Positions 9,871 to 23,159 are shown, counted from the first letter of the stretch. The stretch is 64,000 bases of DNA from Octopus vulgaris (GCA_951406725.2 OX597823.1:77686001-77750000), one strand, 5' to 3'. Notes: generated by a model not told the origin, from the sequence alone. Numbers and translations are program-made.

Positions 9871-12574
9871 AATAATTGTAGAGTGTCCAGTTAACTTTTG
9901 ATCTTTCAATAGTAGGCTTTTACATACCACTTTCAGCAAAGTAGAATAAGGTTTTTTGTAAGGATTTATAATAGTTTTTAATGGAGGAGAAAGGGTAACA
10001 TCAATGAGCCATGACTCTTTTCAGGGTTCCATGATTTACAAGATAAGAAGAGGAAGTTATCTTCAGAGAGGTGTTGTGTGGTGGGGGCTAAATACTTGCA
10101 ACAGAAAAGACTTTGCTAAAGGGCCCCAAGGACTACAAAGTGAAGAAAATTGTTAATACATAAATCTACATTGAATACTAAATATCTTTTCTGTGGACAG
10201 AGCAGAGAACCAGAATCACAGAATCAAAAGAGGAATTTTGCCCTTATTGTTGTTGAAAGAGGGCAAAACATAACAATTCTCTAGTGCTCATAGCATTCCT
10301 TTTTTATTTATTTATTTTCTTGCAGAGGTGAACAACTGTACCATTCTGTAGTACTTATTTACCTATTTACAATTAATTTGAACAACTGACAGAGCTTTTT
10401 TTTTTTTTTGCACGTTACCACATCATTGATGCGATTACTATGTGGTGAGAAACCAGAAGAACTCAGCTTCTGTAAACTATTGAAAACTTATCAGTTTCAC
10501 GATGCTTCTACTATTTTAGAGAGTTGAGCTACAGTATGTAATGACACAAACATGTAGCTGAGCCATTGTGAAATAGTTCTTTATCATCTCTTCAATAGGA
10601 GCTATTGTAAATTAACCTGAACAATAGGCTGACAATAGTAAACTGTACCATCTGATGTATATTTTTTATATATTAATTATAGGGACATGAAATATTGATG
10701 ATTTAAATAGAGCTGTGTGCATTTATATTTAACACATTCATGAACCCTCAAACATGGGAAGACTTTCATAGCAGCAACTGTCAAAGAAAAGAAATTCTCC
10801 TTATAGAAAATATCCATGGAAACACATTAAGCTTCTTCTATTTAATAGGCTTGCTCAATCAGGGTTAATTTTTAATTAAATTGCATCTCACAAGGTGCAA
10901 ATTTTATTGTAAATTTCAGCATTGTAGATAAGAAAGTGGCTATTAATTTCATAGTAATTTTGCTTTCTGCTGCTGACTGCCTTGAGCTGTACCACTCTAT
11001 GGTACCTATTTGCTGTGACAGTGAGTGAAGTATTGACAACCAAGTGTCTTGACTGCAGAAACAGCATGATGCAATGCAGCTGACATGATATGAACCATTA
11101 ACCTATCAGCTGGTAATCTGCTCTACTATCGATTCAACTAGCTTACATTCAACAAATCATATGTATACACAAAATCAAAAATTGCATATATTTTAAGTGT
11201 TCAAAAACAGAAGAAAAAAACACAAACACAAAGACCAAAACAAAATAAATAAATAAATATCCTATAATTCTTTCAGAGAAGAAATCATTGCGAAAAGAAA
11301 TACAATATATAATTAGAACGAAAGTCTTGTGTGCATTGAATGACTTTAACGAAATGATAGGTTTACTAAAATGTGAGAAGATATACCCTTTACTGATCAC
11401 ACATCAATAACTGCCAATCAAAGAGAATTTCATATTACTTATCATGAAAGCATGTGGATAATAGCTGGTTAGCATTACTGCATTGTGTTTGATAGGATTC
11501 GCTATAGTGTTGCAAAAGAATATGCTTCATAATTTTCTGAGAAATATAATTCTCTGTTTATATTTAAACGGAAACGAGATTGAGAATGAGAATGAGAAAA
11601 ACAGAAAACAAACAGAAAGGAAATGAAACCTTTCCATTTATTTCAGGTATTTATATACATACATACATATAAATATATATACATAAGCACTCATATGTAT
11701 ATATATCCTTATATATAGATATATCTACTTATATAATACATACCTTTAAACAAGCGTACATTCACATATATATGTGTTTGTATACATATGCATATATGAA
11801 TATAGATACACAAATACATATAAACATATGTATGAAATATATTTATACATTTATATATATATATATATATATTTATATGTAATTTTCTATGCATTTCCTT
11901 TTTCTATTGTGTAATGATGTATTAAGATAATTTTAGATGTGACAATGGCAACAATATAAAAGGGTTACCAACATCACGAATTTTAATAGAGTATATATAT
12001 GCATGTGATGTATTATGTATATATCTGTGTATGTGTGTCTGTGTGTGTGTACATATATATATACACACACACACACATATGTATATACTGTGTATGTGAG
12101 TGTATGCATATGTGTAAATTTATATATATATATAAATGCAAACACACACAAACACTCAGTAGAAGTTACTTAATATAATCATGGATAATGTTAGCAACGG
12201 TTATTCCTATTAAAAACGCTTTGCCCCAGTGTGATCACAATAAGCAGCTTCTACCATATACACACTTACACATGCATACAGACACTTATATGTATATATA
12301 TATATATGTAAACATACTTTTATGTATTTGGAATAAATGCAATTATATTCAAGAAACACTGGATATTCTGCTTTCTACCATTCTAGAAGAACCTTATATC
12401 ATAGAGGGAAGGAATACAAACACAGGAAGTAGTATGATGCTCTCTCTCATTCACCACAAAACAACGGAAAAGTGGGAAATTATAGAAAGAGTAAAAGAGT
12501 AGCGACAGTAATTGCAGTCTCATAGTGTAGTCACAGCCCCTTGAAGTGAAAGGCTAAAAAAAAAAATGAACATA

Positions 12575-12880
12575 CATATATTTGTGTGTGTGTATATATA
12601 TGTATATATATATATATATTTTATATATATATATACATATATATATATATACGTATATGAATATGTATATCTATATGTGTGTTACATATATATATATGTA
12701 TATATATATGTATGTATATATATGTAAATATATATATGTATGTATATATATATGTATATATATATGTATGTATATATATCATCATCATCGTTGTTGATGA
12801 TGATGATGATGATATATATATACATACATATATATACATATATATATATATACACATATATATATATATATATATATGTT
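12575..12880. repeat. (TA)n-rich tract with central (CAT)n/(GAT)n inverted core
   Basis: Direct reading. Confidence 0.92.
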
Positions 12881-13444
12881 ATGTATGGTGTATTTGTTTG
12901 TCTTTCTAGGTATCTATTTATCTACATGTATCTACATATCTATCTATGTATATAATATTTTGAGAATTGTTATTTGAAAAAGAGTCAATCATTAGGCTAA
13001 GAGAGTTAAGTCTTTTAAACATCATTTGTTTTGTATTTATTTGTATATTTTATGGAGACTTTATCATTAAATGAAGTAATTTAGAACTTTTTACTTACCA
13101 TTATTATTATTATTTCTTTTATTGATATTTTTTTCTTTCATTTTTATCATTTTCATTATTCTTTTTTTTTTTGTTTTTATTCTGACACTTTTGAAGTAAA
13201 TTCAGGAAAATGAGAAAAAAATAAACAATTATCCAAAATTCAAAGAATAATTCAAAATTAGTAATTGATTTTGTTTTTGTTTTTTTTAATAAGCAAAAGC
13301 AAAGAAAAAGAAACAATTAATACTTACCAATAAATGTTATTGAAGAAAAGAAAAACAAATAATAATTAAGAGACTATAAAAAAATTAACTTTGCAATAAT
13401 ATATTGGGGAAAATTTGACATAATTTTTTTTTTGCTTTATAACT

Positions 13445-13456
13445 TATATATATATA

Positions 13457-13504
<48 letters not shown>

Positions 13505-13716
13505 CAACAAACACACACACATACACACAAACACATACATATATATATACACATACATATATATATGAGTGATAGACATATAGAGATGTATGTGTGTGTG
13601 TCTGTATGTATGTATAAATACATACTTATATACATATATGTATATATGCATATATATATGTGTATATATATATATATATATATACACATATATATACACA
13701 TAGTTGTTGCATACAT

Positions 13717-13760
<44 letters not shown>

Positions 13761-13800
13761 ACATGGTTGTTACATATATATATATATATATATATAGACA
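13445..13800. repeat. Interrupted (TA)n/(CA)n microsatellite
   Basis: Direct reading. Confidence 0.92.
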
Positions 13801-14069
13801 TATAAATGTAACTACGTGTATTATGTGTGCGTGTGTGTTGTGTGCAGCCAAAGTGCCACCTTACCATTCCTGTTTTTGAAGATAAACCATTTTCATTAAA
13901 TCAATACAGTCATTGTATAAAAACAGATGCTGAATTATTTCTGTTGGTGATTTAAATTCACACCTGTGCACATAGAGCTGCCTGAAAAACGTCAGAAACA
14001 TCTTGTAAAAATATATAATTTCAGTTCAGTATGTTAAGCTAATGAGGGGGCTACTATACAGGCACTCAT

Positions 14070-14225
14070 ACTGCTGGAAATAACACCCAGGTCATTCTCA
14101 AATTGGAGAAAGATGCATTTGATGATGCATCTTTGATATGCAGTGATCATGAGAATGACAGTCAGAGGAAAAATATCTTTGAGAATAGGTCTGCTCAACC
14201 AGGGCTGACCTGGGGCTAAACAAGG
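14070..14225 (+). repeat. Family E repeat
   Basis: ATAGGTCTGCTCAACCAGGGCTGACCTGGGGCTAAACAA. Confidence 0.7.
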
Positions 14226-14407
14226 CTATGAAAAAAGTGCAAAATCATTTAAGTACGGGACAAAATACTTTGTTTTATTTCTCTGCATGTTGAATTCAAA
14301 TCCCATGAAGATGAAGTTAATCTTTTATTTTTTTAGATCTAAAAATATTGCTTGCCAGGAGACTAAGGGTGGGGGCTACCCGTAACTACAATGCTATCAT
14401 TCCAAAG

Positions 14408-14660
14408 CAGTGTTCTTCAGCCATTTTTTACTTTTGGACCCCTTGGTTCCGATTTTATTCTACTGCAACCCCATAGCCATTTGATGTTAAAAAGAGCCTA
14501 TAATATTTTTAGAATTAAATATTATTAGGAAATGAATAAAAAATTGTAAAATTATTTTGTGTATCATAGTAGTATAATCAAATTACTACATACAAATTTT
14601 AACAGCAAAATCTTATATGAGCCCCCAAGTGTCATATGGCCCCCAGTTTAAAAACCATTG
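14408..14660. mobile_element. hAT (Charlie/MER5-like) MITE
   Basis: Ends CAGTGTTCTTCA ... TTAAAAACCATTG resemble CAGTGGTTCTCAA TIRs; GGACCCC-like subterminal motifs; decayed 8-bp TSD TTCCAAAG/GCCCAGAG (5/8). Confidence 0.65.
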
Positions 14661-15158
14661 GCCCAGAGCAATTAATTGGTTGAACCACTAGAAAACTGGA
14701 TAAGTTTCAGTTATGATGCTTTGCATTGTGAATTATTAGGTGGTGAGATTGATCTGTCATTCAGTTTAATCAAGACTGACTCTTTGGAAAATACCCAGCA
14801 AGTCCTTGGGTACACTTAAAAAGAAGATTATTTTGTTGCAATTATTCAAGCTGGGTCTTTAGTTTAAGAATAACTGTCTCAGTTCTGCTTGCCAATCTAG
14901 CAGGCCTTGAAAATAAGAATCAGGTCTTTGCCTTCCCACTCCTAATAAAACAGAAAGTGGTAGCTATTAAATAAATAGATAGACAGATAAACAGATAGAT
15001 AGATAGATAGATAGATAGAGATTTTTTAAAAGCCTTATATTTATTCTGTCAGTTGCTTTTGCCAAGCTGCTAAGTTACAGGAATATAAACAAACAAACTG
15101 TTGTTGTCAAGCAGTGGTAGGGGACAAACACATGCACAAAGACACACTTGCATGCATG

Positions 15159-15191
<33 letters not shown>

Positions 15192-15204
15192 GTGCGTGTG
15201 TATA

Positions 15205-15973
15205 CCATAAAAACCCATGTAATTTACACATTTTTTTTTTCAGAAAAATAGTAATAAACTTCAGGGGTGCATAAATTACATGAGCAGGTAATTTCCAGAA
15301 TTCTTTTAGAAATTTGTTTGTTGTTGGAAAAAAACGTAGAAAACAACCATTCGTCAAAATAGGTTTTTACAGAAAAAATAAAAGTTTAAATATAATGAAA
15401 TTGACTTTTATTTATGCTGGACGGTATAATGCATAAATTTGTGTATTATACCGTCTTTCTACATAATTTTAGTTAACTCTCTCTGCATAAATAATAATAA
15501 ACTCTTTCTGCATAAATTTAGTAAAACCATTAATGTTTATTGGTAATTAAACTTAATTTGCAACACCTGTGCGTATTTATCAGTTTTGTTTTTGTTGAAA
15601 ATTTCTTATCAACAACTTTCCTGTGATCGTGATTTGAGAAGACACACAGCAGTATGCTAAAGATTGGACATAACCTCTTGTGGTCAAGAAATATAAAATA
15701 AAGTTTATTATAAATAACACAAGCACTTTGTAATTTAATGGCTTTTAATGTGGTACCTGTTAAATAGAAATTATTCTTATTTGATGAAAATTTAATAAGT
15801 GAAATTATTCTAAATACAACTAAATTGAGAACCTTTTCTTCCTGGCCATATTAGCAATTTTGAAAACTTTTGGATCCAAATTTTGCATGAGTAGAAACTT
15901 TTTTAAACAATTTTTATCCTGAAAATCACCCGCATAAATTACACAGATGCACAAATTACATGGGTTTTTATGG
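15205..15973. mobile_element. Tc2/pogo-like MITE (769 bp)
   Basis: Perfect 21-bp TIR CCATAAAAACCCATGTAATTT (15205-15225 / 15953-15973); TA on the left, TG on the right; subterminal GCA(T/C)AAATTACA repeats; CCATA fits a CpG-decayed CCGTA Tc2-type end. Confidence 0.85.
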
Positions 15974-16159
15974 TGTGTATATGTGTGTGTGTGTGTGTTT
16001 TACAGGTACACACCCACACATATAGTTAAGTGAGTTTCAGATAAAAAAAAATTGTAGAAGGCTGTGTAAATCTTGTCCACAGTTATTGGCTAGCTGCTGT
16101 CATCATACAGTGGAAATGTACATGCTACTGGATATACTTGAGGAATTGTATAGTGTCCA

Positions 16160-16310
16160 TAGTATTTATATAGTTAGATCAAAGACAGAAAATAGAATCA
16201 TCATACAACAATTCACCTCTGAACACTTTCAGGAATGTCCCGAAACAATTGTAGTGGTTTTGAATAAAGAATCTTGTTAATTCCACTTTCCGTCTTTGAT
16301 CTATAAATAT
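16160..16310 (+). mobile_element. Penelope-like terminal fragment: hammerhead 3' half + AATAAA, bracketed by an inverted repeat
   Basis: GGA-ATG-TCC-C-GAA-ACAATTGT-A-GTGG at 16232-16257; AATAAA at 16263; inverted repeat 16175-16198 / 16280-16303 (21/24). Confidence 0.55.
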
Positions 16311-16329
16311 TTCTAAGATTTATTAAATA

Positions 16330-16716
16330 CTAGCAGTATCGCCCGGCGTTGCTCAGGTTTGTAAGGGAAAAAACTATAAAGCATTTTTAGAGAGTTATAG
16401 CCAAAAAATAGCAAAAAAATGGAAAAAAAATGATGGTAAATTTTTTTTTGAGAGTAAAAAATGGTTGAGTTGCGTCCCCTAGACAGTCTGTGGTTTGTTT
16501 TTTTTGATTCTCGACCCCATGTCGAATTTATCGATTTTTTTCAGAACTGGGGGAACTTTTCAAAATTTTCGCTGCGTTAGTTTTGAATTATGACATTGGG
16601 CTATGTGTGTGTCAAGTTTCATCAGAATCGGTTGAAAGCTGTGGTCAGGGTGAGGGTACGAGAAAACAGACACACAGAAACACGCACAGACAAACTGCCG
16701 TTTATATAGAGAGAGA
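16330..16716 (-). mobile_element. Complete non-autonomous Helitron (387 bp)
   Basis: Minus strand A|TC...CTAG|T, inserted between A and T without TSD; subterminal hairpin CCTGAGCAACGCCGGG about 8 nt before CTAG; 5' TCTG/GT-rich repeat and AACCGATTCTGATGAAACTTG motif typical of short Helitrons. Confidence 0.88.
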
Positions 16717-18017
16717 TTTCAGGGTACTTGGTAAGGAACTTTTGGCTATTACATGTGACATATTGAGTTAGTAGTTTCTTAGAAGTACATTGTAAAACCC
16801 CATTTATAGCTCAGAGTTTCTAACGTGCTATTTCTTTGAGAAACAGAATGAAATTGTTTGATTTTCATATCTCTCTGAATGGACATTAGCAATATAGAAG
16901 GAGTTTTAGTGCTTCAACATGTTCTTAGTTTCCCAGGAATTTAGTTCAAATTATATGCTGCGAATAACACTATTTCAGTATATTATGGACACTAAACTAC
17001 CCTAAAATATTTATGCATGCAATACTATCAGAAATATATTGACAATTGGAAGGTGCTGATGATTGTAAGTTGATGGCCTTCAGTAGAGTAAAATGGACAA
17101 AAGAAATAAAGAAATTGTAGACAGCAACCACTTTACAAATAGACAAGCAACAACCTTGAATTCATCAAATGATATTTAAGAGGAAACCAAGTACCATTCT
17201 TTGATATGTGACATAGCAATGAATGTATATCTAGTCCAGCATATAGTAATGAAATGTTCTATAAAGTTTGACGATGTAATGTATTTGCACAGAATTTATG
17301 CCTCCAGTGTGATTGCACAGAATTCCTGCTTCTAATATTAATTGTGTGAGAGCTCTTTGAAGAAAGAGGGAGAGAGTGAGAGTGAGAAAAAAAAGGGGAA
17401 TGACATAGGGGAAGAAAAGAGAAAGGCGATAAAGGAAGTGAATTAACAGTCACAACATTAACTTTCAGTTGATCTGACTTGGTTTTACAAGGTTTTGCAT
17501 ATTAGCAATACCATGCTGAGTGCATTGAAACAAGGAATGTTTCTACCCATATTAATAAGGTAAACTTGAATATTTCTTTATTAAAGGAATATCATATTCT
17601 AAAACAACAATATATGCCATGTAGAGGTAAAGTGGCAGTGTATATCTATGTGTGTGTGTGTGTGGTAGTTATCAGCACTATCAATCCCTAGTTTGTGAGT
17701 TCAGATTTGCTGCAGGCAGTATATTAGAATTCTGGGGTACTTATTACTTCATACTTCATACTTAAAATTGATTAGCTGTGGGAAATCATCTCAGAGCCTT
17801 ACCTGCCATAAACTAGTGTCCTATACTGAGAACGTTTTATTTCTCCTTAATTTTCCATGCTATGAACCAGAGCTATGAATTGCTTCAGGAGTCCTACTTG
17901 GATGTCTGGTTTTAATGCTATCAGTCATTAGACAATGGTTATACAGACATTATCAAATGCAGGGTTTGTAGTATCTAATACAATAATTCTAAGAAAAATC
18001 ACTCCAGCAACACAGTA

Positions 18018-18456
18018 GCAGCCAGCAAGAATGCTGGATGCTTTTGGACCTTTTTGGGTCTTTTCAATGATGTGTTCTTGCAGCTGGTCACATACCTGGA
18101 TGAGAATTTGCTGCTACAGGGGTGGTTTTTCATCACCCTCCAATATTTATTATTTTTTGACCCTGCAGGTCTAAGAGAGATGTTATCTTAGGACAGATAC
18201 TGCAGTGACTTGCCTATCAACAATCTATGTACATTAAGTATGATACATAACTGTTATTTTTATGTAATACTGCTCAACTGCACACACCTGATTTTTTATT
18301 CAGCCAGAAAGTTATTCACAAAATCAGCAAATAATATCTTCACTATTTTCTATATCTGGGTTACAAATTCTTATTCAAGCTTGTGGCTCACTGCAAGTAT
18401 ACACCATTGAAAAGGCTCAAAAGGGCTGAAATACATCTGGCATTCTTACAGCTGCA
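18018..18456. mobile_element. Decayed ~100-bp inverted repeat pair (18018-18120 / 18355-18456), each arm carrying a hammerhead-like motif
   Basis: Reverse complement of the left arm aligns with the right arm (TGCAAG...CATTGAAAAG...CATC...GCATTCTT...GCTGC). Confidence 0.65.
18404..18440 (+). ncRNA. Minimal type I hammerhead ribozyme motif, U3-A8 core variant (probably decayed)
   Basis: CCA-TTGAAAA-GGCTC-AAAA-GGGCT-GAA-ATACAT-C-TGG: stem I CCA/TGG, 5-bp stem II including G-U pairs, GAAA, short stem III, AUC triplet. Confidence 0.55.
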
Positions 18457-18723
18457 GTCAGAGGGAATGCCAGACATCTCCAATAACTATTGTGTTTTTA
18501 ATACAGCATGTCCTTAACAGATGTTATCTCAGGGCAAATACTGGAGTAACTGGCCTATATACAGTGATTATACATAACTGGATGTTTATATACCAGTGTA
18601 TGTGTGAGATGGGGTGTATTGCATAACAAAGCTTTGAAGAAATCTTCATGCATTTAATTGATCTTCAAGAAATATCAACCAAATCTCCCTCAAACCATAT
18701 CCCATACCATACTTAAAACCACT

Positions 18724-18934
18724 TTAACCCTTTAGTTTTCAGATTATTCTTCAAATGTAATACTTAGTTATTCACATCTATTTGAATTAGTCACGCATTA
18801 TTTTGTAACGTTGAGACTTCAATGACATGATTATTTATTTCTAGAATAATATTATAAGGTAAGTGTGAGAAGCCAGATCTGGCCGGTTTGAATATAAAAT
18901 TGGTAGAATATATCAACCAGATATGGTAGGTTAA
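18724..18934. mobile_element. TTAA-flanked piggyBac-like MITE nested in a family E copy
   Basis: TTAA|CCCTTTAG ... GG|TTAA; family E-like sequence continues on both sides (18660-18720, 18935-19020). Confidence 0.6.
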
Positions 18935-19035
18935 ATGAAAAAAGGATACATTAGACAATGTATGTTTTAATATACAAAGCGATGGTACAGTTTCAGTAGG
19001 CATACCTTCAGTCATAAATCTTTTTCATCGGGATT

Positions 19036-19140
19036 ATTATTTCTTTATTGCCCACAAGGGGCTAAACACAGAGGGGACAAACAAGGACAGGCAAAGGGAT
19101 TAAATCGATTACATCGACCCCAGTGTGTAACTGGTACTTA
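19036..19140 (-). mobile_element. SINE family B 3' fragment
   Basis: Near-identical to 9011-9110 (CCCACAAGGGG..CAGAGGGGACAAACAAGGACAG..CGATTACATCGACCC). Confidence 0.85.
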
Positions 19141-19924
19141 AGATCTTTTTGATTGGGATTGACATGGAAACAAATAACAACAGTCAGTGGCAAGCGTGTA
19201 TATTTCTTAAGTGGTTAATGTAGTTTGAAGTTCTGAGCTCTAAATAATTCATAACCCTAAAACCATTTTGTTGCGCTTTCTCTAGAATCAGTTCATGACA
19301 GATAACATAGTCTTTGGCATTGCCATAATGAAACCAACATGCTTTATATGAGTATATTAATTAAAATTATATACTTGGTTTATAAATAGTGCAGAGAGCT
19401 TGAAATAGAATGAAAGAGTGAACATTAGCAAAATAATCTCAATATATACTGCCTTGGATTAGATGTTTAATACAAAGGATGAATCAATGAGTGATCTGAC
19501 ATTGAACTCGATGTTTTCATTAATAAAGAGGATATTTTTGCCATTTATGTTTTATCTCTTTTTTTTTTTTTAATGTTGGGATAATATTGAGAGTAATGTT
19601 TAAGGATATTAGTTATCATTCTGTATATTTCTATAGAACTCCCTTATGAAGCAAGTTTCAGCTTTACTCTTCCTTTTGATATTACAGATGAAATAACGAC
19701 AACAACAACTGTAAAAAACAAAAAAAAATAAGTTCATCAGGAAAATATATACAATAAAGGAATTCTAACAAAAATTTGGCATTCTGCCTATAGCCCTTTC
19801 AGTCTTTGAACAATTACATTACTTCAATCAATAATGGAACAGGTGAAAGCCAAATAAGGAATGAATTCAGGGACATATAATAGACACAAAATTATCATTA
19901 TCATCTTCATTATTATTATTATGT

Positions 19925-19958
<34 letters not shown>

Positions 19959-21519
19959 TATATACATATGCACATACACCCACACTCATATTATATTATA
20001 TTTCTTTTTTTCAAATATTTCCAAATTCTTTGATTAGTGTCTGAATCATTAAAATGTTGTACTAATGACTCTGAGTCAAAGGTCACGAGTTCAAATAGTG
20101 CCAGAGACAAAAAAAAATGGTTACAATCTTTCAAAAGAAATATTCAGTAGTCTACAATAAATGGTCTTTATAAAAAAAAATTCTCTAACAGTTTCATTAC
20201 AGTTTATCTTTCATGGTTTGGTAAAAGATATTCAGGGCAGCACATACACCAAATTAGGTGTATTTTAGAACATTTTGATTTCTCTTTAGTGTTTAATTTT
20301 TAAGTACTTTTCTTTCTCTTTTATCTTGCTATTTATTCTGATGAAAAGTTAGGGACTTCTAAAAGATTTGAAACATTCAGGAAATACTGAACTCAAGCAT
20401 TTTTCTTGAGATTTGTTTTGAACTGAATCACTTAACTGTAAAATACAAGAGGTGCTAAGTGAAATAAATGTTTGAAAAGGAGAGAAAAAATTAAGTAATG
20501 CAAGTAAGGAATTAAGCAAAGTATGTAAGATTGCCGACATCTACCAAATTGCCAGCCTTGTGCCAAAATTTGAAGCCAATATATTATGGATAGTTCCCCG
20601 TTTTTAGATAGCTGAAAGTAATCAAAGTGTTTGTACAAATGCATTGTTATCAGCAGGCCCTTCAAATGTGTTAAAAGCTACTAATATTCTACTAAATGTT
20701 AACCAAGAAGAAATTAATTTATCATAATAAGGCATACAGCATTTCTCTTAGAGACCGTCAATCTGAACACATGTTCTTTCTCCAAGCAAAGACATTTGTT
20801 TCATTTCATCAATCTACTTTACTTGCTAACACGGACCATCATTGGTTCTCTCCAATTCTACGGTTTTCCTAATATTATTAGCCATCAAGAGCCAGTAAAG
20901 TAAAGTGCCTGTCAAGGGCAGTGAATTGGAAGAATTATTAGAGTACACATATAGATACCTTGCAGTACTTCTTCTGGTTCATTGCATTCTGAGTTCTTGG
21001 GCAATGTTCTCTATCCATTACCTGGTTTGATACTCATTTTATTCTGGTTTAAGGATATTTTCCTCCTTTCTGTTCTCCTGTCTTGAAGACCCTAAAATAC
21101 AGAATAGTTATGGGCATTGCCATTTCTTCCTTACTAAGCCATAGAAAAACAAAATGTTCATTTGAGTAATGTTAATATATTTAATTCAAGGTGTATTAAA
21201 AAACTAATTAGAAATAAATATATGGTGAGAAAAAAGAAAACACTTATTAATGACTAATGATATTTTCATTTTTCTTTTGGCAAGTGTAGGAGATAACTCA
21301 GAACATATTTTGGTTTTATTCTGACCCCATCAGAAAAACACAGCTTTCACCAGTATAGTGATGATAGAGTCAGTAGGTCAACGTACAAGATTGTAAGCAG
21401 TATTTTGTAAAGGATGACAGAATTAGCAGGATAATAAATAAACTAGAGAATCCATCTACATGAAAGACAATAGGCAAGTTTATGTTAACATATTTAATGT
21501 ATGAAGCATTTAAAAGCTA

Positions 21520-21546
21520 ACACTGGTTGTCGAGCAGTGGTGGGAT

Positions 21547-21580
<34 letters not shown>

Positions 21581-21735
21581 GCAATTGGATTCTTTCAGTT
21601 TCCATCTACTAAATCCACTCACAAGACTTTTGTTGGCCCAAGGCTATAGTAGAAGACACCTGCCCAAGGTGCCACACAGTGGGACTGAACCCAGAACCAT
21701 GTGGCTGTGAAGCAAGCTTCTTACCACGCAACCAC
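21520..21735 (-). mobile_element. SINE family A (head half)
   Basis: TTTCAGTTTCCATCTACTAAATCCACTCACAAG...GGGACTGAACCCAGAACCATGTGG. Confidence 0.88.
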
Positions 21736-23020
21736 AAAACAAATTTATTGCTCGAAACAGTTTGATTCAACAACTTGCGACTTAAACTTTTGTTGGTTCA
21801 TCACAGGAACCTAGCTCCCTGGGATGAGATGGCCAGCTTCCTGGGATGAGCTGTAGGAAATCTAGATGGCTGCTAGAACTTTTGCTGCAATTGGTCAAAG
21901 CGGGTCACATGTTGTTGCCAGCATTACAGCAACACCAAAGCCCTCTCAATTTCTTTTATATAAAGAGTGAAGCTGTCAAAAGCCAAATGGATGTAGGACA
22001 TGCAAGCTAAATGTCTGTCAGGTTTATCATGTCCCAGGTGTTTAGTGTACCCGAGTTAGCTTTTAATGGCCTAGGCTGGAAACAAACATTAAGTAAAAGT
22101 TAAATTTTATTAATCTTAATCCATACTTTACATTTGGTAAATTAGTTCGAAGTGCTCATTTAAAAGCCTCGTATTGCTGTAGCTTTTAATAGGATGGACA
22201 GTTTCAGACAGATTTGCCTGTAAAGAATTGTTAAGAAGATGAAAGTGTCCAGTGGCGCCACAAAGATGCAGCAGTTTGTGGTACACTTGCACTCTTTGCC
22301 ATGCAATGCTTGTGCTAAATATTGAACTTATGACCTTTGTGAATGTTTGAGAATGTGAACAGACAGTCTTGCAAATAAATACTTACAGCTTTATAACTAT
22401 ATAACCATGGAGTCATACTTCAGATTGGAAAGCCAGGTTCTGTCTGACCAGGAACAGTTAATCAATAAAGGGAATGGGATAAAAAGGTAGTATTTTAACG
22501 AGGGGGTTTTGTTTCCATAGAGAAAGAAAGTGAATGAAAGAGAGCAGGAGACATAGAGAGAGGAAGAGAGAGAGAGAGAGAAAGAAAGAAGGCAAAGAGT
22601 GAAAGGGAGACTTGCTTGTTGCCAATATGTGACGTCTTATTTGAATAACACCGTTCTGAGTTTCTCCTCTGTATTAAGTTATTTACAACAATAATCATAT
22701 TAAGTCATTGATTTGAGAAATTATGTGCATTGTGGAACAATGCAGAGACTTTATCAGTCGAGAGATTTGGCACAAGAACCAGACAGTTACTTCGGCAAAT
22801 AGAAATGGAAACATTCTTCATTGAGATGTAAGGAAAAGTTATAACACACACATACACACAAAAAAAAATCTGATGAATCTTATATTAATCAATAGATTCT
22901 TACTAATTTTAAAATGAGATACTTTCTATTTTAAAAATGCCATTTCTCACAATCTATACTGCATTTATTAAATTTCACATATATAATTACTATTATTTTT
23001 ACATTCTCATGCACACACAC

Positions 23021-23092
23021 ATACACACACACATAAGCACATACACACACACATAAGCACATACACACACACATAAGCACATACACACACAC
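23021..23092. repeat. 20-bp minisatellite (ATACACACACACATAAGCAC) x3.5
   Basis: Three perfect consecutive units. Confidence 0.9.
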
Positions 23093-23159
23093 ATTCACAC
23101 ACAAACACTCACACCCACATTCACACATTTATGCATGTACACACACATGCACTCTCAAC

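Noticed and set aside
12380-12556. Possible minus-strand exon after a polypyrimidine-AG
   Set aside because: Frames close quickly or give no recognisable protein; no convincing donor.
13093-13375. Two minus-strand GGTAAGT donor-like sites
   Set aside because: Upstream sequence is low-complexity A/T; a micro-exon cannot be excluded without RNA-seq but is unsupported.
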